Of a stretch of DNA of 32,000 bases, positions 9,464 through 17,882 are shown piece after piece. The notes under the pieces were generated by a model. It saw only the letters and a list, made by a program, of their open reading frames with translations. It made no database searches and had not been told where the DNA came from. The position numbers and the translations under genes were made by a program. The stretch is taken from positions 8,742 through 40,741 of the forward strand of contig CAZPUN010000062.1 of assembly GCA_964589775.1 (NCBI GenBank), read 5' to 3'. Within the stretch, counting starts at the first letter, position 1. Each line of letters begins with the position of its first letter. Source of the stretch: an uncultured archaeon. GTDB taxonomy: Archaea > Asgardarchaeota > Thorarchaeia > Thorarchaeales > CAZPUN01.

Positions 9464-9500
9464 TTAATATATGGTTTGTTCTTTATGGAGTGAGAATAAA

Positions 9501-10112
9501 ATGAGATTAGTTATGATAGGCGGAATGGTTACGGGTATTGGCCTAGCCTTGCTAGGTATTGCCCTCTATAACCAATCAATCATTCCATCAGCAGCAGAAC
9601 ATAATGTTGTTTTTGTATATGGTGCTATTGCTGCTTTTGGGCTTGCACTTCTAATTGCAATTATTGATACATTTACAGATTGGACTGGATATGTTCATCC
9701 ATCAGAAATGCTGTTTTCAAATGTGTTCACATTTATCATGGGGCTCGCAATCCCACTTGTTTGGGGTTATTTCTGGTATGACATGAGAACAGTATTTTAC
9801 ACCATTGCTGAAATGCTGGTGATGGCATATATCTTCTTATTAGTATTCATTAAAGTGCGATTCAAAATCACGACTGAAGAAGAACTAGAAATGGCAGAAA
9901 AAGTTACAACTGCAAAGTTCTTACTTGTAGCATTATTAGTCGGAGGAGTTATGGCTGCTGTTCAGTATGGAATGAATTGGTTGATTGCTACTTATGAATA
10001 TACTCTAGCTAGTTTAGTTCTCGGTGGTGCAACAAGTATATTCATCATAGCCATGGCTGCCTTATTAGATATAAAATATGAACCAGTTTCTGCGGGTTCT
10101 GATGCGGAATAA
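9501..10112 (+). CDS. Uncharacterised integral membrane protein (~6 TM, 203 aa), possibly a transporter
   Basis: GGAGTGAG RBS at 9487-9494 favours ATG 9501 over 9471. About six hydrophobic segments; polar loop DWTGYVHPSE. Confidence 0.8.
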   Translation: MRLVMIGGMVTGIGLALLGIALYNQSIIPSAAEHNVVFVYGAIAAFGLALLIAIIDTFTDWTGYVHPSEMLFSNVFTFIMGLAIPLVWGYFWYDMRTVFYTIAEMLVMAYIFLLVFIKVRFKITTEEELEMAEKVTTAKFLLVALLVGGVMAAVQYGMNWLIATYEYTLASLVLGGATSIFIIAMAALLDIKYEPVSAGSDAE

Positions 10113-10255
10113 TTTAAAACTCCTTTTTCTATTTTTTATTAAAAATTAATATAGGTATTTGTAGTATATTTTATATGTATTTAGACCTGATAATATATTT
10201 ATATTAAATTAGGTTGTAAGAATTATTTGAAAAGGCATTTTTGTGGCGATGATTT

Positions 10256-12226
10256 ATGGCTGATACAGATACAAATCTTTGGCTCGGTTGGAAAATAAAC
10301 GATAAGAATGAGGTTACAAAGGAAAAATTCGAAATTGATCCAAATCTTCTTAGACGACATATGGGTATATTTGGAAGTACTGGTTCTGGTAAGACTGTGT
10401 TAGGTAAGATAGTACTTGAAGAAGCAGCATTACACGGTATTCCTGTTATTGCTTTGGATCCACAGGGCGATATTGCGAGCTTGATTTTACCGGGTGATGT
10501 TAAGAAGTTAGAGAAGAAAGGTGTTCCGGCTAAACGATTAGAAGACTATTTGAAGAAGGTAAAAGTAAGAATATACACTCCTGCTAGTACAAAAGGTCTT
10601 CAAATGTCCATTAACCCTGTCAAATTACCGGATAAGAAAGCAGACCCCGATGATGCTATTAGATTAATGGACAATTCGGCTAGAACTCTTGTTGGGGTCT
10701 TAATGAAGTTAGGTGGGCTTCCGAAAAGTAATCAAACCAAAGCAATTGCTGTTATTTATGAAGTAATCCGTACTGCTTGGAAGAAAGGCATGGATATTAA
10801 CGACCTTGATAGTCTGGCAGATCTAATAATGAGTGACGAAGAAACATTAGGTGTTGATCTAGGTCGATATATGAAGCCTTCAGAACGTGAACGTCTATCT
10901 TTGGCTATTCGGAGCCTTACTGTTGGAACTGCTGAATTGCTATTCTCTGATGAAGGGCAGTTCGATTTTAATGATTTATTAAGGCCTGTAGATGGCAAGA
11001 CTCCCATAAATGTTATCTTTTTGAAGACACTTCGCTCTGAAGAAGAAAAACAGTTCTTTATTGCGATCTTCTTAAACGAATTATATTCATGGATGCTTCG
11101 GCAAGGATTCAGTAAAGACCCTCGTATGGTATTATTTGCTGATGAAGTAGCGCCTTTTATTCCCTCTGGAATGGCAAAACCCGGTCCTAAAGAGGCATTT
11201 CTGTTGATTTTCCGACAGGCAAGAAAATACGGCGTTGAATGTGTAATTGCGACACAAAGCCCTAAGGATATTGATTACAAGGCATTTGAGCAATTCAATA
11301 CTATTGCCTCAGGTAGAATAACATCCGAACAATCATTAAAAGTGTTGGAGCGTATTATTGAGCCTATCGTTGGTGAAGTAGGTACTGATGAAATCATAGA
11401 CAAGATCACAAAGACAAAAACTGGAAAGTTCATAATTGTTAATCCTGAGCTTCCAGGTCGTGTCGTACGAATTAGTACTCGCTGGCTATTGACAAATCAT
11501 ACGACACTCACTGAGAAAGATGTCGTAAAAATAATGGCCGAAGAGCAAAAGCGACTGGAACTTCAAAAGAAATTAGAAGAAGAACGTTTGCGAAAGCAAA
11601 GAGAGGAAGAGGAACGACGTAAGCGTGAAGAACAAGAACGACTTGAGCGCGAGCGACGCGAACGTGAGCGACAGAAAAAGCTTGAGGAAGAACGACGCAG
11701 ACGAGAAGAAGAACGAAAGAGACGTGAAGCGGAGCTCAGAAAGTTACGTGAGAAATATAAATATGCAAAGGACAATGAAAAAGTCTTCGTAAGGAAAGGC
11801 GAATCGAAGCCGGAAGTCTCCTATGAGGACATCATGAACGCATTTGTAAATAAAATTGCCAAAGTTGCAAAGACAAGGTATGGCTTACCTTTCTTGAAAG
11901 AGTTAGTCTCGGACAAAGAGTTAATCTATGAGAAAGCGTTGACATATTATTACAGTGAAACAAAAGCCGCAATTAAGAACGGACTAGCTCATGTTGAAGT
12001 TCGTGAAATTGAAAAGAACGGCAAGAAAAAGAAAGTAAAGATGCTTATTTATGATTTCGAAAAATTGCTTGACGAAGTTCTCGAACAGATGAAAATTGCC
12101 CAACCCGAATATGTTGACCCTGAACGACTTAAGAAAATGTTCGAAAAATTAGTAATGACTTCTCAGAAAACTAATCTGCTCGAGCGAATACTCCTCGGTG
12201 AGCCATTCTTAAAATATAAAATATAA
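10256..12226 (+). CDS. HerA/VirB4/FtsK-superfamily ATPase (DUF87/DUF853-like) with E/R/K-rich helix and C-terminal domain
   Basis: HMGIFGSTGSGKT (Walker A), ALDPQGD, LFADE (Walker B), RQARKYGVECVIATQSP (Arg finger plus ATQ motif typical of the HerA clade). Confidence 0.9.
   Translation: MADTDTNLWLGWKINDKNEVTKEKFEIDPNLLRRHMGIFGSTGSGKTVLGKIVLEEAALHGIPVIALDPQGDIASLILPGDVKKLEKKGVPAKRLEDYLKKVKVRIYTPASTKGLQMSINPVKLPDKKADPDDAIRLMDNSARTLVGVLMKLGGLPKSNQTKAIAVIYEVIRTAWKKGMDINDLDSLADLIMSDEETLGVDLGRYMKPSERERLSLAIRSLTVGTAELLFSDEGQFDFNDLLRPVDGKTPINVIFLKTLRSEEEKQFFIAIFLNELYSWMLRQGFSKDPRMVLFADEVAPFIPSGMAKPGPKEAFLLIFRQARKYGVECVIATQSPKDIDYKAFEQFNTIASGRITSEQSLKVLERIIEPIVGEVGTDEIIDKITKTKTGKFIIVNPELPGRVVRISTRWLLTNHTTLTEKDVVKIMAEEQKRLELQKKLEEERLRKQREEEERRKREEQERLERERRERERQKKLEEERRRREEERKRREAELRKLREKYKYAKDNEKVFVRKGESKPEVSYEDIMNAFVNKIAKVAKTRYGLPFLKELVSDKELIYEKALTYYYSETKAAIKNGLAHVEVREIEKNGKKKKVKMLIYDFEKLLDEVLEQMKIAQPEYVDPERLKKMFEKLVMTSQKTNLLERILLGEPFLKYKI
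11540..11761 (+). repeat. Low-complexity E/R/K tract, predicted single alpha-helix, within the ATPase
   Basis: EEQKRLELQKKLEEERLRKQREEEERRKREEQERLERERRERERQKKLEEERRRREEERKRREAELRKLREKYK; QKKLEEER occurs twice. Confidence 0.75.
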
Positions 12227-12228
12227 TT

Positions 12229-12251
12229 GGAGTCTATGCTCCTTTTTCTTT
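12229..12251 (+). terminator. Short hairpin plus T-tract between convergent genes
   Basis: GGAG-TCTATG-CTCC followed by TTTTTCTTTT. Confidence 0.5.
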
Positions 12252-13061
12252 TTATAACATGTCTATTATTTTTTCTAAATTATCGACTTCAATATCTGGT
12301 TTTGCATCTGTATTTAAGCCATAGATCGTTGCTGATGGACCACCTGTACGCCTAACGAGAATTGTTAGCATTCCAACTGAATTTCCGCCTGCGATATCCG
12401 TCTGAGCGTTATCACCGATCATGACTGTCTCTTCCGGTTTGAAGTTCAGTTCGTGAAGGATTTGTTCAAACATTTCTTTGTATGGTTTACCGATAACGAC
12501 GGATTTTACACCAGTTGCAAATTCGAGAGCCTTTGTGATTGCCATTTCTCCAAGGAATTGTTGATCTTTACCAAGATATTTGCCTGTAAATAATGCGCTT
12601 CCGCTCACGCAAACTAATTTTGCGCCCTTTAGTAATAGTTGTGTTGCATAGTTCATTTGTTCGTATGTCATATCTCTGTCTGTGCCCACTAAAACATAAT
12701 CTGCATCTCCATCAAGAATCATTTCGAGTTCATAATCTGATGCATCTTCGATCAGTCCACTTTCTGATATTATAAAGCATCTTGCATTTGGTTTTTGTTC
12801 CTTAACATATGCTGCGGTTACGGAACTTGCTGTAAACACAGCATCAAGTTCAACCGGAAATCCGATCTCCAGCATCTTTCTATATATGTACCTTCTGGAC
12901 TTTCTTCCAATATTTGTCAGGACTGCAATCTTTTTTCCACGTTTTTTCAATTCGTGGGCAAGTTTCAAGGCATCTTCATATGGCTTCATATCTTCAATAT
13001 TTGTGCAAATGGTCTTATCGACATCAAATATGAATAATTTGTAGTTTCCTAGTTCTGTCAT
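12252..13061 (-). CDS. HAD-superfamily subfamily IIA (NagD-like) phosphatase
   Basis: Motif I FDVDKT, motif II LTN, motifs III/IV IGKP...MIGDNAQTDIAGG. GGAGG RBS supports ATG 13061. Confidence 0.9.
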   Translation of the reverse strand: MTELGNYKLFIFDVDKTICTNIEDMKPYEDALKLAHELKKRGKKIAVLTNIGRKSRRYIYRKMLEIGFPVELDAVFTASSVTAAYVKEQKPNARCFIISESGLIEDASDYELEMILDGDADYVLVGTDRDMTYEQMNYATQLLLKGAKLVCVSGSALFTGKYLGKDQQFLGEMAITKALEFATGVKSVVIGKPYKEMFEQILHELNFKPEETVMIGDNAQTDIAGGNSVGMLTILVRRTGGPSATIYGLNTDAKPDIEVDNLEKIIDML

Positions 13062-13114
13062 TGTATTGCCTCCCTTACCAATTGTCATAAAAAAGAAAAA
13101 GAGGAATTGTTTAT

Positions 13115-15181
13115 TTATCTGACTTTACTACCTACTGGAGGATCTTCAACAGTAATTAATGTAAAATCTTTTGGATTGTCTATGTGTTCTACAGCTAAAA
13201 TCATTCCCTGGCTCTCTATGCCTCTGATTTTCTTTGGCTTTAGGTTCACCACAACAAGGACTTTCTTATCTACAAGTTCCTCCGGTTTGTATTTTTCTGC
13301 CATTCCTGCGACTATTGTTCTGACTTTATCTCCAGTATCAACTTGGAGTTTCAGTAGAGCGCGTGTATTTGGTACGCGTTCTGCACTTTTTATGTGACCC
13401 ACACGAATTTTTACTTTCTGAAATTCTTCAAATGTAATATAATCATCTTCCATAGTCTTTTTCGCCTCGACTTTTAGTTTCAAAGCTTTTTCTTTTGCTT
13501 CAGCATCTTGGATTCGTTTTTGAGTTTGTTTCTGAAGGTCCTTTAATTTTTCATCTGTTATTTTCTGGAAGATTATTTTTGGCTTCTGTATTGTATTCTT
13601 TGTATTTACTGGTTCTAATGCCGCGTCGTATTTCATTTTATGGATTTCTGTAGGATCTTCATAACCTAACATTTTCCACACTTTTTCAGCTGCATTTGGT
13701 GTGACTGGTTCCATAATTATTGCTAGAGCCTTCACTAAGAACAAACCATTGTATAATACTTGTGCGAGTTCTTCGCTTTTACCTTGTTTTGCAAGTTCCC
13801 AAGGTTTATGGTTTTGGAAGTAGGCATTTCCAAAAGCTGCAAGTCTTAAGACTTCATCTGCAATGACTTTGAAATCATAATTATTAATTGCATTTTTAAT
13901 TATTTGTAATGCTTTTTCCACTTCTTTTTTCACTTCTGGTTCAAGAGTCCCTTCTGGTATTTTTCCAACTTTCGAGTATGTAAAATGAATTGCTCTGTGA
14001 ATAAAATTCCCTAGTGTTCCAACAAGTTCGTTATTTACTTTGTCTCTGAATGTCTTCCATGAGTAATCCATATCCTTTGTATGGTTCGTATAGCTTACAA
14101 CATAATATCGCAGAAAATCTGTATCCAAGTCATTTTCAAAAAAGTCTCTTATCCAGACAACATATCCCCTTGATTTGCTGAATGTATGCCCTTCAATTTT
14201 TACCATTCCTGAAGCTATTATTGCATGTGGAAGGTTGTAGTCTGCTCCTTTTAGCATGGCAGGCCAATATACACAGTGATGATGTACAATGTCTTGCCCG
14301 ATGAAATGTATGATTTTACCATTTCCGGGAAGCCAGAACTTCTTCCATTCGTCTGGTTTGCCAATTTTTTGTGCCCATTCTTCGGTCATAGACATATATC
14401 CTATTGGCGCATCAACCCATACATATAATACTAATGAGTCATCTCCCGGGAATTTCACACCCCATTTCAAATCTCTTGTTATGCACCAATCAATTAATCC
14501 AGACCGAACCCATTCTAAAGCATATGCGATTGCATTTTTAGTGCCTTCGACTTTAGTAAGATATTCTTTAAGAAAGTCTGTAAAAGCTGTAAGCTTTAGA
14601 TAATAATGCTTTCTTTCAACATATTCTGCAGGGGTTCCACAAACAGCGCATCGTGGATTTAATATTTCACCCGGTTCGAGGTGCTTTCCACAGCCTTGAT
14701 CGCATTCGTCTCCTCTTGCATCTGCTCCGCAATATGGACAAGTTCCTCTCACATATCTGTCTGGAAGTATTCTTTTGCATTTTGGGCAATACGGTAGTTT
14801 GATCGTTTTTGGATATACATATCCTTTGTCAATTAGAGCCTGGACGATTTGTTGCGTCCTATGATGATTCAATGGATGGTCAGTACTTCCAAAATTATCG
14901 AAGTTAACATTAAGCTTTGGAAACACTTCCAAGTAATGTTTATGGTATCGTTCGACAATTTGCTTTGGGGACACACCTTCTTGTTCTGCAATTACTGCTA
15001 TGGGCGTTCCATGGGTGTCGCTTCCGCTTATGAAGACAACTTCCTGTCCCAATTTTTTTAGTGCTCTTACAAAAACATCTGCAGGAATATATGTTCTTAA
15101 ATGACCAACATGAAGTTCTCCACTTGCATATGGGAGCCCACACGTGACAAGAACTGGATCTGTGCTAGGGTATTCTGTCAT
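13115..15181 (-). CDS. metG: Methionyl-tRNA synthetase with C-terminal Trbp111/EMAP-like tRNA-binding domain
   Basis: LPYASGELHVGH (HIGH), SGSDTHGTP, Zn knuckles, YVWVDAPIGY, FSKS (KMSKS), C-terminal NLKPKKIRGIESQGMILA. GGAGAGTGAT RBS supports ATG 15181. Confidence 0.97.
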   Translation of the reverse strand: MTEYPSTDPVLVTCGLPYASGELHVGHLRTYIPADVFVRALKKLGQEVVFISGSDTHGTPIAVIAEQEGVSPKQIVERYHKHYLEVFPKLNVNFDNFGSTDHPLNHHRTQQIVQALIDKGYVYPKTIKLPYCPKCKRILPDRYVRGTCPYCGADARGDECDQGCGKHLEPGEILNPRCAVCGTPAEYVERKHYYLKLTAFTDFLKEYLTKVEGTKNAIAYALEWVRSGLIDWCITRDLKWGVKFPGDDSLVLYVWVDAPIGYMSMTEEWAQKIGKPDEWKKFWLPGNGKIIHFIGQDIVHHHCVYWPAMLKGADYNLPHAIIASGMVKIEGHTFSKSRGYVVWIRDFFENDLDTDFLRYYVVSYTNHTKDMDYSWKTFRDKVNNELVGTLGNFIHRAIHFTYSKVGKIPEGTLEPEVKKEVEKALQIIKNAINNYDFKVIADEVLRLAAFGNAYFQNHKPWELAKQGKSEELAQVLYNGLFLVKALAIIMEPVTPNAAEKVWKMLGYEDPTEIHKMKYDAALEPVNTKNTIQKPKIIFQKITDEKLKDLQKQTQKRIQDAEAKEKALKLKVEAKKTMEDDYITFEEFQKVKIRVGHIKSAERVPNTRALLKLQVDTGDKVRTIVAGMAEKYKPEELVDKKVLVVVNLKPKKIRGIESQGMILAVEHIDNPKDFTLITVEDPPVGSKVR

Positions 15182-15369
15182 AGTAATCACTCTCCTGAAT
15201 AATTTTGAGACAATTATCAATTACATGGAAGACTCTAAAATGAGAACATAAAAATTGTAATTTCAATTTTGCAGCGAGTTTTCTTCCACCTCAGAATGAA
15301 TTTTATTTAGGTTTATTTCATAATTATTTATTAATTTATTTGTTAATAAATTCAACTGAAGGTGTTATA

Positions 15370-16041
15370 ATGGGAGCTGCGGACTCTATATTTGAAATAA
15401 TTGGTCCTATTATGGTTGGGCCTTCAAGTTCTCATACTGCTGGGGCAGTGCGTATTGGTCTCTTTGCCCATGGATTATGTAAGAATCCAAAGTTTGTAAG
15501 AATTCTTCTACACGGTTCCTTTGCAGATACATATCGTGGTCATGGAACTGATAAGGCACTTGTAGCTGGGCTTCTTGGTTTGTCTACGGATGATGAACGC
15601 ATAAAAGATTCATTTAAGATTGCAAAAGAAGTAGGCTTAAATTATCTCATTGAAACTACTGATTTGGGACCGCGATATCATCCAAATACAGCAAAGATTG
15701 TTCTGGATTGCGAAGATGAAAAAATCGTAGTTATTGGTAGTTCTGTGGGTGGAGGAAATATAACTATTGTTGAACTGAATGGATACCCCGTTGAAATATC
15801 CGGGGAGTATCCCACTGTTCTTATCATGCTACATGATGTATTAGGCGCATTAAGTCATATTACAAAAATTATTGCTGATGCAAAAGTAAACATTGCAATT
15901 GTTAAAGCTGCCCGTGTATCATTTGGAGACCTTATGCTTGCAGTATTTGAGAATGATTCTTCTATTTCAGATGCGGTTCTTAAGCAGCTAAGAGATCTTG
16001 ATTTTGTAGAATGGGTTCGACAAGTGGAGGCATGCGCATAA
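15370..16041 (+). CDS. sdaAB: Fe-S L-serine dehydratase beta subunit with C-terminal ACT-like domain
   Basis: SIFEIIGPIMVGPSSSHTAGA, GSFADTYRGHGTD, HPNT, SVGGG. ATG 15370 follows a GAAGGTG RBS. Confidence 0.93.
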   Translation: MGAADSIFEIIGPIMVGPSSSHTAGAVRIGLFAHGLCKNPKFVRILLHGSFADTYRGHGTDKALVAGLLGLSTDDERIKDSFKIAKEVGLNYLIETTDLGPRYHPNTAKIVLDCEDEKIVVIGSSVGGGNITIVELNGYPVEISGEYPTVLIMLHDVLGALSHITKIIADAKVNIAIVKAARVSFGDLMLAVFENDSSISDAVLKQLRDLDFVEWVRQVEACA

Positions 16042-16051
16042 GGAGGAATTC

Positions 16052-16924
16052 ATGATGCGGACATTGACAACAATTTCGGAAGTTTTGGAGTATTGCTCGA
16101 AATACAATAAAAAAATGAGTGAAGTATTCATTGAAATAGAAGCAAAAAGGACAAACAAGTCTTGTGATGAAGTTTTTGATCAAATGCGAAAAATGTGGAA
16201 TGTAATGAAGGAATCAATGGAAAAAGGAATTGCTGATGATTCATTATCTCCAAGTGGACTCTCGGGTGGAGATGCTAAAAGAATGTGGGATGCCCCTGCG
16301 ATTGTTGCGGGTGATGTCATCCGTAGAGCTATTGCAAGAGCTATGGCAGTTTCGGAAGTTAATGCAAAAATGGGGCGAATTGTGGCAGCTCCTACTGCTG
16401 GCTCCAGTGGAATTTTGCCTGCAGCTCTATACACTGCAGCTGAAGAATTAAATGTTGATGAGGATACAATTATTCGTGGCTTATTTGTTGCAGCAGGACT
16501 TGGCATTGTTATTTCTTTAAATGCTTCTCTTGCAGGTGCCACTGGTGGATGCCAAGCTGAATGTGGTTCTGCTGCAGGTATGGCAGCTGCCGCAATAGTT
16601 GAAATGGCAGGGGGATCTCCCGAACAATCTGCGCATGCTTTGGCAATTTCACTAAAAAACGTTCTAGGCCTTGTATGTGATCCTGTGGCGACACTTGTCG
16701 AAGTTCCATGTGTGAAAAGGAATGCAATGGGTGTAGTGAATGCGCTATCTTCAGCTGAAATGGCACTGCATGGCGTAAAAAGCAAGATTCCTCCGGACGA
16801 AGTCATTATCGCTATGAGTAAGATTGGTCGTGAATTACCTGAGAGCCTCAGAGAAACTGGTGAAGGCGGTCTTGCAGATACTCCTACTGGAAGAAGGCTT
16901 CGGAAACAAATTCTTGGATATTAA
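16052..16924 (+). CDS. sdaAA: Fe-S L-serine dehydratase alpha subunit
   Basis: IVAAPTAGSSG, GGCQAECG, LGLVCDPV, VEVPCVKRN, LRETGEGGLA. AGGAGG RBS. Confidence 0.95.
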   Translation: MMRTLTTISEVLEYCSKYNKKMSEVFIEIEAKRTNKSCDEVFDQMRKMWNVMKESMEKGIADDSLSPSGLSGGDAKRMWDAPAIVAGDVIRRAIARAMAVSEVNAKMGRIVAAPTAGSSGILPAALYTAAEELNVDEDTIIRGLFVAAGLGIVISLNASLAGATGGCQAECGSAAGMAAAAIVEMAGGSPEQSAHALAISLKNVLGLVCDPVATLVEVPCVKRNAMGVVNALSSAEMALHGVKSKIPPDEVIIAMSKIGRELPESLRETGEGGLADTPTGRRLRKQILGY

Positions 16925-16925
16925 T

Positions 16926-17768
16926 TTAGATTTTACGAGCGAATAATTTCAGAGATTGAATATCTGCAGGAATAAACGATAGATCAATCTCTACGATATC
17001 TCCTTTTTGTACTTTTATGGGATCTTTGAATGGGATGAATAGTGGTTTCCAACCATCTTTATAGTCGATTTTTATATTCTCGCTTATTTCTGATTCAAAC
17101 ACACCAAAGAGGCCTTCAGCAATTCCATCTTGGTCTGCTTGAATCTGCATGGTTCCCTTTACAGGAATTTCAATTTGTTTTCGAAAATCGAACTCCTTAA
17201 AGAGATACATTTCTGAAAGTTCTTCGCCTTTCCATTCTTCAACAGATTGTGGTAATGGCGGAAATTTAATATCCTCGAATGTAAATCTTTCTAAGATACC
17301 CTTTGAATTATACAACGAAAAGTAAACTCGTGCATTTTGGGGGATCATTATTCCATCTTTCTTTAGAATGTATTTATTTGCATGATTCGCCATTGTAATT
17401 TGTTGTTCAATTATCATCGCTGAGCTTAGCATCTCAGAAACTACAATATCTGCTTTAATCTCTGGCTTTATGTCTGCAAAATGTGCATTTACAAAATGAA
17501 TTTTATCACTTACATTATTTAGTTCTGCAGCTTTTCGTGCATAATCAATATTTAATGGATCTATATCAACTGCAACAACTCTTGCAGCTCCTGCCTTTGC
17601 AGCTAAAATGGCTAATATTCCTGTTCCCGTTCCCAAATCATAAACAATGTCTGTGTCTTTAATACTCTTTCTAAGAGCCTGTGCGAATGCCCTTAATCGC
17701 GTCTTGTGACTCAATAGGCTTGCCGCATGCAATATACTGAATGGTGTTGCTAGTTTTATGTTTTCCAT
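16926..17768 (-). CDS. Class I SAM-dependent methyltransferase, PRMT-like (COG4076-type)
   Basis: VYDLGTGTGIL, VVAVD, DIVVSEMLSSAMIIE (double-E-loop-like), LKKDGIMIP, beta-rich C-terminal domain. ATG 17768 is preferred because the track's extension overlaps the divergent gene. Confidence 0.85.
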   Translation of the reverse strand: MENIKLATPFSILHAASLLSHKTRLRAFAQALRKSIKDTDIVYDLGTGTGILAILAAKAGAARVVAVDIDPLNIDYARKAAELNNVSDKIHFVNAHFADIKPEIKADIVVSEMLSSAMIIEQQITMANHANKYILKKDGIMIPQNARVYFSLYNSKGILERFTFEDIKFPPLPQSVEEWKGEELSEMYLFKEFDFRKQIEIPVKGTMQIQADQDGIAEGLFGVFESEISENIKIDYKDGWKPLFIPFKDPIKVQKGDIVEIDLSFIPADIQSLKLFARKI

Positions 17769-17882
17769 CGTAATCAATCTCTCATGATTTCTTGCATATG
17801 TACAAAGATATATCAATGATATTACTAAAGAATTCTTCAATATATACATTTCACAATATTTGAGAATTAAGGGGTAATTTAT

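Noticed and set aside
11563-11775. Ser/Arg-rich (SR-like) ORF
   Set aside because: Simply the reverse complement of the E/R/K tract.
10256-12226. HerA anti-phage defence system or HerA-NurA repair operon
   Set aside because: No SIR2, nuclease, NurA, Mre11 or Rad50 partner nearby.
16180-16806. 208-aa minus-strand ORF
   Set aside because: Antisense shadow of Ala/Gly-rich sdaAA.
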